A DNA stretch of 64,000 nucleotides from Pirellulales bacterium (GTDB taxonomy: Bacteria > Planctomycetota > Planctomycetia > Pirellulales > JBFWUW01): NCBI GenBank assembly GCA_050247075.1, contig JBFWUW010000006.1:37492-101491 (forward strand), given 5' to 3'. Below, piece by piece: positions 9,441-17,939 of the stretch (its first letter is position 1; each line of letters opens with the position of its first letter). Below the pieces are notes generated by a model. It saw only the letters and a list, made by a program, of their open reading frames with translations, had not been told where the DNA came from and made no database searches. A program made the translations under genes and the position numbers.

Positions 9441-9549
9441 TTGGATTTTCGATTTTGGATTTTCGATTGAGGATTGATTGCATAATGGCGCGACCTTCGA
9501 TGATGGCGGCTATCAAGCCAATCCAAAATCAAAAATCCAAAAGCGAAAA
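9441..9549. repeat. Structured hisD-hisC spacer with an exact tandem 14-mer TTGGATTTTCGATT x2 and an imperfect inverted arm
   Basis: Tandem copies lie at 9441..9454 and 9455..9468. The right arm CAATCCAAAATCAAAAATCCAAAAGCGAAAATC (about 9519..9551) is the imperfect reverse complement, flanking a ~40-nt core. Confidence 0.65.
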
Positions 9550-10908
9550 TCAGGTAGTTCGGATGTTAACACTCGCCTTATGCGCCGTCAGCCCTTCTTT
9601 GTCCGCCAGCACGCGCACGTCCTCGGCTGCGTCTTGCAGCGCTTTAGGCGTATAGCGTATCACGCTGGTGCGGCGAAGAAAGTCGATCGCCGATAGGCCA
9701 TTCGCGAAGCGGGCCGTACCGCCGGTGGGTAACACGTGGGACGGCCCGGCTGTGTAGTCTCCCAGGGCCACGGGGCTATAGTTGCCTAGAAACGCCGCGC
9801 CGGCGCTGGGGATTCTCTTCAAGAGTTCCTCGGCGTTGTCGGTGGCGATATGCAAGTGTTCCGCGGCCAGGGACTCCGCCAGGGCACAAGCTTCGTCGGC
9901 GTCGCGAGCCAGGATCATCGCGCCGAAGTCTTGCAGGCTCTGCCGAGCCAGTTCGCCCCGCTCCAGTTTGGCGAGCTGCTGATTGATTTCGTGGGCGGTG
10001 GCCTTTAGCACCCGCTCGCTCCAGGTAATGAGAATGCTGGCACCGGGCGCGTGTTCGGCCTGGGCGATTAGGTCGGCGGCGGTAAAGTCGGGACGGGTGC
10101 TGTCGTCGGCGATGACCACGACTTCGCTCGGCCCGGCGATGGAGTCTATATCGACCTCGCCAAAGACATGCCGCTTGGCCAAGGCCACAAACAGATTGCC
10201 CGGCCCGACAATTTTATCGACGCGAGGCAATCCTTCGATACCGTAGGCCAGTGCCGCCACGGCCTGTGCGCCCCCCAGGCGATAGACTTCCGTCACGCCC
10301 AGTTCGTGGCAAGTGGCCAGCATGTCGCGGTTGTACGCGCCATGTTTAGTTGGCGGGGCCACCACCGCCAGTTCACGCACGCCGGCCGCTTGTGCGGGCA
10401 CGGCCGTCATCAGTACGGTAGAAGGATACGCCGCCGCCCCTCCTGGGACGCAAATGCCCACTCGGCGCAACGGCAAGTATCGCAAACCCAAGTACGCGCC
10501 ATGCGGGCGGTCCACCCGCGCGTCGGACGGCAAAATGGCCTGCTGATATTCCAGCACATTTTGACGGATCCGCCGCACGGCCGCCAGAAAAGCCGGCTCG
10601 GCGGCCGCGTGGGCCGCGGCCAAATCGGCCGCCGGCACGCGGATGGAACCGGCTGTAAGTTCCGCGCCATCGATGCGGGCCGAATAATCGAGGACGGCCG
10701 GCAGGCCCTTGTTCCGCACATCGTCGCAAATCCGCTCGACGACCTGCTGGGGCGACAATGGCTCGCCAAACACTTGCATCGTCTTCCGCCGGCCCGCCTC
10801 GCTGACGACATTCCCTCGCGGACTCAACCGCTCGCGCAGGGCCGCCAGCTCCGCGGCGGCATTGCCGGCGCGGGTATCGATCATGCGAAGTTGCAGGGGT
10901 GCGGGCAT
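9550..10908 (-). CDS. hisD: Histidinol dehydrogenase
   Basis: 452 aa. Contains VGICVPGGAAAYPSTVLMTAVPA, IAGPSEVVVIAD, AQAEHAP, NYSPVALGDYTAGPSHVLPTGGTARF. Confidence 0.93.
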   Translation of the reverse strand: MPAPLQLRMIDTRAGNAAAELAALRERLSPRGNVVSEAGRRKTMQVFGEPLSPQQVVERICDDVRNKGLPAVLDYSARIDGAELTAGSIRVPAADLAAAHAAAEPAFLAAVRRIRQNVLEYQQAILPSDARVDRPHGAYLGLRYLPLRRVGICVPGGAAAYPSTVLMTAVPAQAAGVRELAVVAPPTKHGAYNRDMLATCHELGVTEVYRLGGAQAVAALAYGIEGLPRVDKIVGPGNLFVALAKRHVFGEVDIDSIAGPSEVVVIADDSTRPDFTAADLIAQAEHAPGASILITWSERVLKATAHEINQQLAKLERGELARQSLQDFGAMILARDADEACALAESLAAEHLHIATDNAEELLKRIPSAGAAFLGNYSPVALGDYTAGPSHVLPTGGTARFANGLSAIDFLRRTSVIRYTPKALQDAAEDVRVLADKEGLTAHKASVNIRTT

Positions 10909-10999
10909 CTAAAGATTAATGCGGTTCCAGTTGGCCCTTCGTTCCTTCTGAACGATCAATTCTCATCGGCGGGCTGGCTCAGGAAAAGGGGCGATTCCC

Positions 11000-12040
11000 T
11001 CATTTCCACGTCGACTCTGGCACATCGTGGGCAATGCAGGCCACGCAATCGCCTTGGGCCACCAGGGCCGGTGCCCGCGTAGCCAGCAGCACACCCGCCG
11101 TGGGGGCGATGACTTGCACGGGGTCGCGGTCGGGCCGCTCGATAAAGTGAATCTGGCCCACCGGTTGCCCCGCGGCGACCTCTTGGCCCAAGGCAGCCAA
11201 ATTTTCGTACACGCCTGACTCTGGCGCAAAACGGTAATCTTGATAATCCAGCGATTGCACCCATCGCGTAGGCGGCAGACCGAGTTGTTCTCGCGTATGC
11301 ACCTCGCCGGCCAGCAGGCCAAAGTGGACCAGCACATTCCGCAGCCCGCTCTGTGTCAGTTTATGAACGGCCAACGGCACCGACTCGCTGCCGCCCATTT
11401 CGGTGGTGATGACAATTTTGCCTTGCTGTTCGGCCTCCACCGGCAGCAGCCCGCTGCCCGCGATATCGGCGTAGAGAAAGGCAAAGTCGCTCCCCCAGGC
11501 CAGCGTGCCGTCTCGCATTTTCCGGCGCTGTTCAAGATCGGGCACCAGGTGCATGTGGGCGCAAGGATAGAAATCAACGCTCCGCCCGCCGGTGTGAATG
11601 TCGATAACGATATCGGCTAGCGGAAACAGCACCGTCGTCAAATAGTGGGCGATCATTTCGGTTGGTGATCCGTCGGCCTTGCCGGGAAAAGAGCGGTTCA
11701 TATTGCGGCCATCCAAGGGCGAGAGCCGCGTTGAAACCTTGCAAGCCGGCAAATTCAGGCAGGGCAATAGGATCAGCCGCCCGCGAACATCTCGCGGTTC
11801 AATCTCGCGCATCAGTTTGAGAATGGCCACCTGCCCTGGGTATTCATCGCCGTGGTTGCCGGCCATGGCCAAGGCGGTGGGGCCTTCGCCATTATTGATG
11901 ACCGTCACCGGCAACAATAAATTGGCCCACCCCCCCAAATTGTAAGAATACGGCACGCACAAATGCCCGTGCTGTTTGCCAGGCTTTTCGAAATCAACCG
12001 TAGCCCTAAGTTGAGAGCGTTCCATATGGCGAGTTTCCAA
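11000..12040 (-). CDS. Succinylglutamate desuccinylase/aspartoacylase-family zinc deacylase
   Basis: 346 aa. Contains AMAGNHGDEYPGQ (H-x-x-E zinc motif), NMNRSFPGK, DIHTGG. Confidence 0.75.
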   Translation of the reverse strand: METRHMERSQLRATVDFEKPGKQHGHLCVPYSYNLGGWANLLLPVTVINNGEGPTALAMAGNHGDEYPGQVAILKLMREIEPRDVRGRLILLPCLNLPACKVSTRLSPLDGRNMNRSFPGKADGSPTEMIAHYLTTVLFPLADIVIDIHTGGRSVDFYPCAHMHLVPDLEQRRKMRDGTLAWGSDFAFLYADIAGSGLLPVEAEQQGKIVITTEMGGSESVPLAVHKLTQSGLRNVLVHFGLLAGEVHTREQLGLPPTRWVQSLDYQDYRFAPESGVYENLAALGQEVAAGQPVGQIHFIERPDRDPVQVIAPTAGVLLATRAPALVAQGDCVACIAHDVPESTWK

Positions 12041-12190
12041 GGAATTAATCTATAGTGAATGTTGGGACACTTGGTTAAGGCCACGCATTCTGCCGGTCGT
12101 GCCGCAGGCTGTAAAGGAGCAGTGGCCGGTCGGCTGCGCGCATGGCCGACTTGCTGAAACAGACTTCCGCTCGCTGGCGGGTCGTCAATT

Positions 12191-13837
12191 TTACTGTGGT
12201 TTCAGGGGCGGTTCCGGCGCTAGCCAGGCTTCCGCTTCGTCGGGCAGCGGCTGTCCGTTGAGGGGGCTGCTCGGTTGCCAGTAGATGGACAAATTTGCGG
12301 CAAAGGCGCCTTCAAAGATTTCCGCCCGCTTCTTGGCACCCCACAAATCGACCTCCGGCAAATCAACGGAAATCACCCGTAGGTCCACGCTTCGCTCGAC
12401 CGCCGAGCCGCTGATGTCGATTGCCACCGACTGCACCTGCTGCGTGTGGCTGCGGTCGAGCCCACCCGCTAACCGCAAAATGGCGGCCAGCCGCTTCACC
12501 CGGCGCTGATCGTCCTTGGACAACTGCCGGAAATTGTCGTGCTTTTTCTTGGGGGCGGCTCCCCGGTGGTATCGGGCAATGTTAGCCACCAGCTCCAAAT
12601 CACGCGGGCGAAAGCCGGGTAAACGGCTGTTGAGGATCAGATGGTAGCTGTGTTTGTGATGCTGGTCGTAGTTGATCAGGTAGCCTACGTCTTGCAGTCG
12701 TGCGGCGGTTTCCAGCAAGGACTGATCGTCGCTGGACAGGTCGAACGCTTCGCGCAGTTGGCTGAAGATCACGCCCGCCAGACGGGCCACCTGCCGGCTG
12801 TGGTAGGGGTCAACCTCGCAATTGGCGGCGAACCTTTCGACGGCCGCCTCGCGATCGTGCGGGTCTTCGCTCATTCGCCCGAGCGAAGAATCAATCATCG
12901 TCAACAGTAAGCCGTCGCGAACACCGCGGTCGTGGGCCTGCAGGACGTTTACGCGAAACCGCCGCATCAACGCATCGACCACCGCCAAGCCGGCCACGAT
13001 AATATCGGCCCGGTCGGGGGACAGCCCCGGCAGGTTGCGGCGCAGCTTGGCCGGCAGTTTTCGCAGCCGTTCCAGCAAGTGCCGCACGTCGGCCTGGGTG
13101 ACTTCATAGCCCCGCACCGGCAGCCCGGTCTGCTTCTTCATCGCCATGACCATCTCGGCCAGGCAGGTAAACGTACCACCCGACCCGATCAGAATGTGCG
13201 GCATCAGCACCGGTTTCTTGACGATCTTGCGAAGCTGCCGGTCAATCCGCCGCACCAACCGTTGAAACTCGTCAACGGCAAACGGCTGCTGGGGATCGGC
13301 GCATGTTTCACTCAGCCGCACGGCACCTAGCGATGTGGAATAGATGCCTTCGATCAGATTGCCCGACGACAGGATGATCTCGGTGCTGCCGCCGCCAATA
13401 TCGGCCACGGCCACGTTCTTGCCATCCAGGTCGAATGCCCGCTGCACGCTGTAAAAAGCCAGCCGGGCTTCTTGCTCGGAACTGATCACGTCTACCTCGA
13501 CGCCGATCTCGCTGGCACGGCGGCAGAACTCAGCGCCGTTCTCCGCCTCGCGTACGGCGCAGGTGGCAATGCAGCGCAACTCGCGAACTTGAAAACCGGC
13601 GGCGATCTGTTTCATGCGCCGCAGCGCCGCCAGGGCGTTGTCGATGGCCACCGTATCGAGCCGGTGGGTCGCGCCTAAATTGCGCCCCAGGCGGACGTTT
13701 TCGCGCTCTTCGTCCAGAATACGGTAGTTTCCCTCGCGCAGCGCCTCGGCAATGATCAGGCGAATGCTGTTCGAACCGATATCAATGGCCGCCAACCGGT
13801 GGGCCAGGTCGGGCGAGAGAAAAATCTGTTGGTCCAT
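12191..13837 (-). CDS. ppx: Ppx/GppA-family exopolyphosphatase with a C-terminal HD-like domain
   Basis: The track ORF 12191..13903 is trimmed to the ATG at 13837 (MDQQIFLSPDLAHRLAAIDIGSNSIRLII). Contains ADIGGGSTE and the C-terminal LQDVGYLINYDQHHKHSYHLI. Confidence 0.85.
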   Translation of the reverse strand: MDQQIFLSPDLAHRLAAIDIGSNSIRLIIAEALREGNYRILDEERENVRLGRNLGATHRLDTVAIDNALAALRRMKQIAAGFQVRELRCIATCAVREAENGAEFCRRASEIGVEVDVISSEQEARLAFYSVQRAFDLDGKNVAVADIGGGSTEIILSSGNLIEGIYSTSLGAVRLSETCADPQQPFAVDEFQRLVRRIDRQLRKIVKKPVLMPHILIGSGGTFTCLAEMVMAMKKQTGLPVRGYEVTQADVRHLLERLRKLPAKLRRNLPGLSPDRADIIVAGLAVVDALMRRFRVNVLQAHDRGVRDGLLLTMIDSSLGRMSEDPHDREAAVERFAANCEVDPYHSRQVARLAGVIFSQLREAFDLSSDDQSLLETAARLQDVGYLINYDQHHKHSYHLILNSRLPGFRPRDLELVANIARYHRGAAPKKKHDNFRQLSKDDQRRVKRLAAILRLAGGLDRSHTQQVQSVAIDISGSAVERSVDLRVISVDLPEVDLWGAKKRAEIFEGAFAANLSIYWQPSSPLNGQPLPDEAEAWLAPEPPLKPQ

Positions 13838-14105
13838 GCGGCAACGTGGCTGAGGCGTATCGTCGAAGGTTGGTTGTAAAACAAAGGATAGCACAACAAC
13901 CACGTAACCGCACGGCTCCCACAGTGCCGACTTGATGTGAAGTTGAATAGCCCATTTCGGGCAAGGCCGATTGGCATGGATAGCTGTACCCGATTCGAGC
14001 CATTATGGCAGGAGCCATGTGGCTACGTAGCTGCCCGCTGCTAAAATGTCGTCTTCCTCCATCCACCAAGATTAGATTGTCAGCTATCGAAAGAGCCAAC
14101 TCCCT

Positions 14106-15296
14106 ATGCAGATCATCGGACGACGGTACGACACCCGCGATGCCGTAAGGATTGAAATCGCCGGCGGGCGCATTGAGCGTATTCTTCCGCAAGCCGCGCG
14201 GGCCGAAGAGCAGCTTCCCTGGATTGCACCCGGTTTCGTCGATATTCAGGTGAATGGGTACAACGGCCAGGAGTTCAGTTCACCCGATCTTACACCGGCA
14301 GGCGTGGCCAAAATTGTTGAGCAACATTACGCTTTTGGCGTGACATCGTTCTGCCCCACCTTGACCACCGCGGCGCACGACATTTTGGCCCACGGCATGC
14401 GGGCGATTCACCAGGCGTGCGAAACGCAGCCGGAAATTGGCCGCCGTATTGCCGGCATTCATCAAGAGGGGCCGTATTTCTCGCCCGAGGACGGCCCGCG
14501 CGGGGCGCACCCCAAGGAGCATTGCCGCCGGCCCGACTGGGACCAGTTTCAACGCTTGCAAGAAGCGGCGGGGGGCCGCATCTGCTTGTTGACTATGTCT
14601 GTGGAATTTGATGAATCGGCCGAATTCATCGCCAAGGCCGTGGCCAGTGGTGTGCGGGTGGCCATTGGGCATACCTCGGCCGACGGCCCTCACATCAAGG
14701 CGGCGGTCGATGCCGGTGCCACGCTCAGCACGCACTTGGGCAACGGCGCGCACCGCATGTTGCGGCGGCATCCCAACTACATTTGGGACCAACTGGCCGA
14801 AGATCGGCTGACAGCCAGCCTGATCGTGGATGGGCACCACTTGCCGCCCGAAGTAGTCAAGTCGTTCGTGCGGGCCAAGACGCCGCGGCGGATCATCTTG
14901 GTCAGCGACGTGTCGGGTTTGGCGGGCCTGCCGGTCGGACGCCACACGGCCAGCGGCTGCGAGTTGGAAATACTGCCCGATGGCCGGCTGGTCATCGCCG
15001 GGCAAGACCAGCTTTTGGCCGGGGCATCGCTACCAATTGGCGTTAGCGTGGCCAACGTCATGCGGTTTGCCGGCGTCGATCTGCCCACGGCCGTCGATAT
15101 GGCGACGGCCCATCCCGCGGCCTTTCTGGGCCATTCGCCCGGCGGCCTGCGGCCCGGCGACGCGGCCAATCTGGTGCTGTTCGATCTGCACCATTCGGAG
15201 GCAGTTGGCCCGCCCGAGCGGTTAACAGTGCGCGGCACCGTGGCCGACGGCAAAATGGTTTACGAGTCAGGCGGCTTGAATGCCGCCGCCGGGTGA
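14106..15296 (+). CDS. nagA: N-acetylglucosamine-6-phosphate deacetylase (amidohydrolase)
   Basis: 396 aa. Contains PGFVDIQVNGYNG, IHQEGPYFS, AIGHTSA, THLGNG, LVSD. Confidence 0.85.
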   Translation: MQIIGRRYDTRDAVRIEIAGGRIERILPQAARAEEQLPWIAPGFVDIQVNGYNGQEFSSPDLTPAGVAKIVEQHYAFGVTSFCPTLTTAAHDILAHGMRAIHQACETQPEIGRRIAGIHQEGPYFSPEDGPRGAHPKEHCRRPDWDQFQRLQEAAGGRICLLTMSVEFDESAEFIAKAVASGVRVAIGHTSADGPHIKAAVDAGATLSTHLGNGAHRMLRRHPNYIWDQLAEDRLTASLIVDGHHLPPEVVKSFVRAKTPRRIILVSDVSGLAGLPVGRHTASGCELEILPDGRLVIAGQDQLLAGASLPIGVSVANVMRFAGVDLPTAVDMATAHPAAFLGHSPGGLRPGDAANLVLFDLHHSEAVGPPERLTVRGTVADGKMVYESGGLNAAAG

Positions 15297-15311
15297 CGCA
15301 GAATAGGTCGG

Positions 15312-15416
15312 CTGTAGGAGGCGAGTCCATCGCCGAACCACAATGTAAGAGGCGTTTCTAACGCCAATTGATTCACCAGGCACCGTTTCCATCGGCGATG
15401 GAATCGACTCCTACAG
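15312..15416. repeat. Composite REP-like cluster, copy c (forward 15312..15337, variant forward 15344..15367, inverted 15386..15416)
   Basis: CTGTAGGAGGCGAGTCCATCGCCGAA, then TGTAAGAGGCGTTTCTAACGCCAA, then TTTCCATCGGCGATGGAATCGACTCCTACAG. Lies between the nagA stop and the next start. Confidence 0.85.
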
Positions 15417-15460
15417 ACTCGTTTGACCGTGAACAACCCTCTACCTGGAGTAACTCGTTT

Positions 15461-16519
15461 ATGCATTATCAAAAAACTGCCTGCTTTGCCGCCTTGCTGA
15501 TAGTGGCCAGCGCGGCCCGCGCTTTCGCCGCCGGGGGAGAAGCCTTTACTGATGCGGAAAAGGCCGGCCCCGATTTCGCCATCCAGGGCGAGTACGTGGG
15601 CGAGATTTCGCACGAGAACGAAAAGCAGAAGCTGGGCGCACAGGTTATCGCCCTGGGCGATGGCAAGTTCCACGCCATTGTGTTTGAAGGGGGCCTGCCG
15701 GGTGAAGGTTACGAAGGCCGCTACGTGTTGGACAATACTCAAAAGATTTACCCCGGTTACGGACCCGCTCCGGCCGACTGGGCACGCGGCGGCAAGGTTC
15801 ATCAGGCGGCTGGCGAGACCAAAGACGGCATCACGCGGTTTGAGAACTCCGAGGGCAAGGCCGAAATCGCCGATGGCGTGATGACTCTTTTCAACACGGG
15901 GGGAGAAAAGCTGGGCGAATTGAAGCATACCGTTCGCAAAAGCCCAACCTTAGGCCAAAAGCCGCCAGAAGGGGCCGTCGTGCTGTTCGACGGCACTTCG
16001 GCGGACGCCTTCCAAAATGGCCAGATGACCGAGGATGGCCTGTTAATGGTGGGCGTGATGAGCAAGCAGGAGTTTCGTGACTTCAAGCTGCATCTGGAGT
16101 TTCGCACCCCCTTCATGCCTGGCGCGCGCGAGCAAGGCCGCGGCAATAGCGGCCTCTATTTTCAGAACCGCTACGAGTGCCAGATCCTGGACTCGTTTGG
16201 CCTGGAAGGCCGCGACAACGAAGCCAGCGGACTGTACCAGTTGGCTTCGCCCAAATTGAACATGTGCCTGCCGCCCCTCTCTTGGCAAACCTATGACGCC
16301 GAAATGACCGGCGCGCGGTTTGACGACTCAGGCAAGAAGACCAAGAATGCCGTGCTGACGTTGAAGTTCAACGGTGTCACCGTCTACGACCACTTGGAGC
16401 TAGACCACAAGACCCCAGGCGGTGCCGATACCGAAGCCCCGGGGGCCGGCCCCTTCCAGTTGCAGAACCACGGCAACCCGGTCCATTTCCGCAACATCTG
16501 GGTGGTGGAAACGAAATAG
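15461..16519 (+). CDS. Secreted DUF1080 (3-keto-disaccharide hydrolase-like, concanavalin-fold) protein
   Basis: The track ORF 15368..16519 is trimmed to the ATG at 15461, with GGAG 10 nt upstream. Signal peptide MHYQKTACFAALLIVASAARAFA. The C-terminal half has LHLEFR...GNSGLYFQNRYECQILDSFG...GLYQLASP...FQLQNHGNPVHFRNIWV. Confidence 0.8.
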   Translation: MHYQKTACFAALLIVASAARAFAAGGEAFTDAEKAGPDFAIQGEYVGEISHENEKQKLGAQVIALGDGKFHAIVFEGGLPGEGYEGRYVLDNTQKIYPGYGPAPADWARGGKVHQAAGETKDGITRFENSEGKAEIADGVMTLFNTGGEKLGELKHTVRKSPTLGQKPPEGAVVLFDGTSADAFQNGQMTEDGLLMVGVMSKQEFRDFKLHLEFRTPFMPGAREQGRGNSGLYFQNRYECQILDSFGLEGRDNEASGLYQLASPKLNMCLPPLSWQTYDAEMTGARFDDSGKKTKNAVLTLKFNGVTVYDHLELDHKTPGGADTEAPGAGPFQLQNHGNPVHFRNIWVVETK

Positions 16520-16546
16520 CATTAGCCAAACTGGCACCCTTCGTTC

Positions 16547-16585
16547 AACCGCCGCGGACAATTATTGTCCGCGGCGGTTTCTTTG
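16547..16585 (+). terminator. Rho-independent terminator after the DUF1080 gene
   Basis: Perfect 14-bp stem AACCGCCGCGGACA / TGTCCGCGGCGGTT with loop ATTAT, followed by TTTCTTTG. Confidence 0.8.
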
Positions 16586-16719
16586 CGCGTATCGCACGGA
16601 CCGCGGCGCACTTTATGAATTCTTGAAAATGCTTGCCAATTCAATGCCGCGGCGGTGATAATACCGCACATGTTGATTGCGTCATTCTCTAGGGGCCATT
16701 TACCCGCAAGGAGCAAACC

Positions 16720-17823
16720 ATGCGACACTTTCCGTGCATTGCCGTTCTGACGTTGGCGGTCGGGCTTTTGCCGGCCGCGGCCCGGGCTGATCACAAATGG
16801 GGATTGAACGAGGGAAACCCCGACTTGCAATCGGCCGGCCAGCTCACTTTTGGGCCGGATGGAATTCTGTTCGTGGGTGACGCCAAGGGCGCGGCGGTGT
16901 TCGCCATTGATACGGGCGACACCAAGTCGGAAACGGCCTCAGCCGCCCGCACCATCGCCAATTTGAACGAACGGTTTGAAGTCCTCTTGGGCAAGGGGAC
17001 CAAGATCGCCATCCACGACATGGCCGTCAACCCCCTGTCGGGCAATGTCTATTTGTCGATCAGCCACGGCGAAGACCCCAAGCCCGCCATCATGCGTGTG
17101 GCGGCTCCTGATGTGCTGACGGAAGTCAAGTTGGCCGATATTCCGTTCCTCAAGGCCGATATTCCCAATCCGCCCGAGGACAAGGTCACGGGCGAAGGCC
17201 CGCGGGCCAGAAACCGCCGCAACGAGGCCATCACCGATCTGGCTTATGTGGAAGGCAAGCTGCTGGTGTCTGGTTCGATCAATGCGGCCGCCTCTTCGAC
17301 CGTGTATCAAATTCCCTTCCCCTTTGCCGAGGTGCATGGGGGGACGAACATCGAGATTTACCACGGTGCCCACGGCAAGCTGGAGGATACGGCCACCATC
17401 CGCACGTTCGTGCCGTTCACCATCAATGGCGAGGCTTCGTTGCTGGCCGGCTTTACCTGTACGCCCCTGGTCCGATTTCCGCTCGACAGCCTGGAAGAGG
17501 GCGAAAAGGTTCGCGGCACCACCGTCGCCGAACTGGGCAACCGCAACGTGCCGCTCGATATGATTGTCTACAAGAAAGGTGGCGAGGAATTCGTCCTGAT
17601 GGCTAATAGCGTGCGGGGCGTGATGAAGATCAGCACACAGGACATTGGCCGCAAAGAGGGGATCGAGAAGCAAGTTGGCGGTGGTGGAACCGCTGGCCAG
17701 GAGTTCAAGACTCTGCAAGAGTTGGACGGTACGGTGCAGGTGGACCGCCTGGGCGATAGCCAGGCCGTGCTGATCGTGCAAAAGGACGGCAACTTGTCCC
17801 TAAAGACGATTCCGCTGCCGTAG
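16720..17823 (+). CDS. Secreted hypothetical protein (possibly beta-propeller-like)
   Basis: 367 aa. Signal peptide MRHFPCIAVLTLAVGLLPAAARA. I recognise no family motif. Coding status rests on length, the signal peptide and the non-Arg-rich composition compared with its antisense shadow ORF. Confidence 0.6.
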   Translation: MRHFPCIAVLTLAVGLLPAAARADHKWGLNEGNPDLQSAGQLTFGPDGILFVGDAKGAAVFAIDTGDTKSETASAARTIANLNERFEVLLGKGTKIAIHDMAVNPLSGNVYLSISHGEDPKPAIMRVAAPDVLTEVKLADIPFLKADIPNPPEDKVTGEGPRARNRRNEAITDLAYVEGKLLVSGSINAAASSTVYQIPFPFAEVHGGTNIEIYHGAHGKLEDTATIRTFVPFTINGEASLLAGFTCTPLVRFPLDSLEEGEKVRGTTVAELGNRNVPLDMIVYKKGGEEFVLMANSVRGVMKISTQDIGRKEGIEKQVGGGGTAGQEFKTLQELDGTVQVDRLGDSQAVLIVQKDGNLSLKTIPLP

Positions 17824-17858
17824 CCGCATGGCTCCCGCCATGGCGGTTTGATGTGAGC

Positions 17859-17892
17859 GCCGATCGGCCATTCCCGGCCAAGGCCGATCGGC
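17859..17892. terminator. 11-bp perfect hairpin between convergent genes (GCCGATCGGCC ... GGCCGATCGGC)
   Basis: Read directly; 12-nt loop and no U-tract on either strand, so terminator function is uncertain. Confidence 0.3.
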
Positions 17893-17939
17893 ATGGATTG
17901 TCGTGCGCGGTGCAAGCCAACAAGGCAGGAGCCTTGTGC

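Noticed and set aside
9441-9468. Possible CRISPR or tandem-repeat array at the 14-mer duplication.
   Set aside because: There are only two 14-nt units with no spacers and no cas genes, so it is not a CRISPR array.
15368-15460. N-terminal extensions in the ORF track (15368, 9532, 33120, 46667, 60065, 13903, 52546, 5631, 4777).
   Set aside because: The extensions translate REP elements, repeat spacers or upstream gene ends, and often begin with GTG or TTG. Internal ATGs give canonical N-termini (signal peptides, conserved starts, ATGA coupling). The trimmed starts remain predictions.
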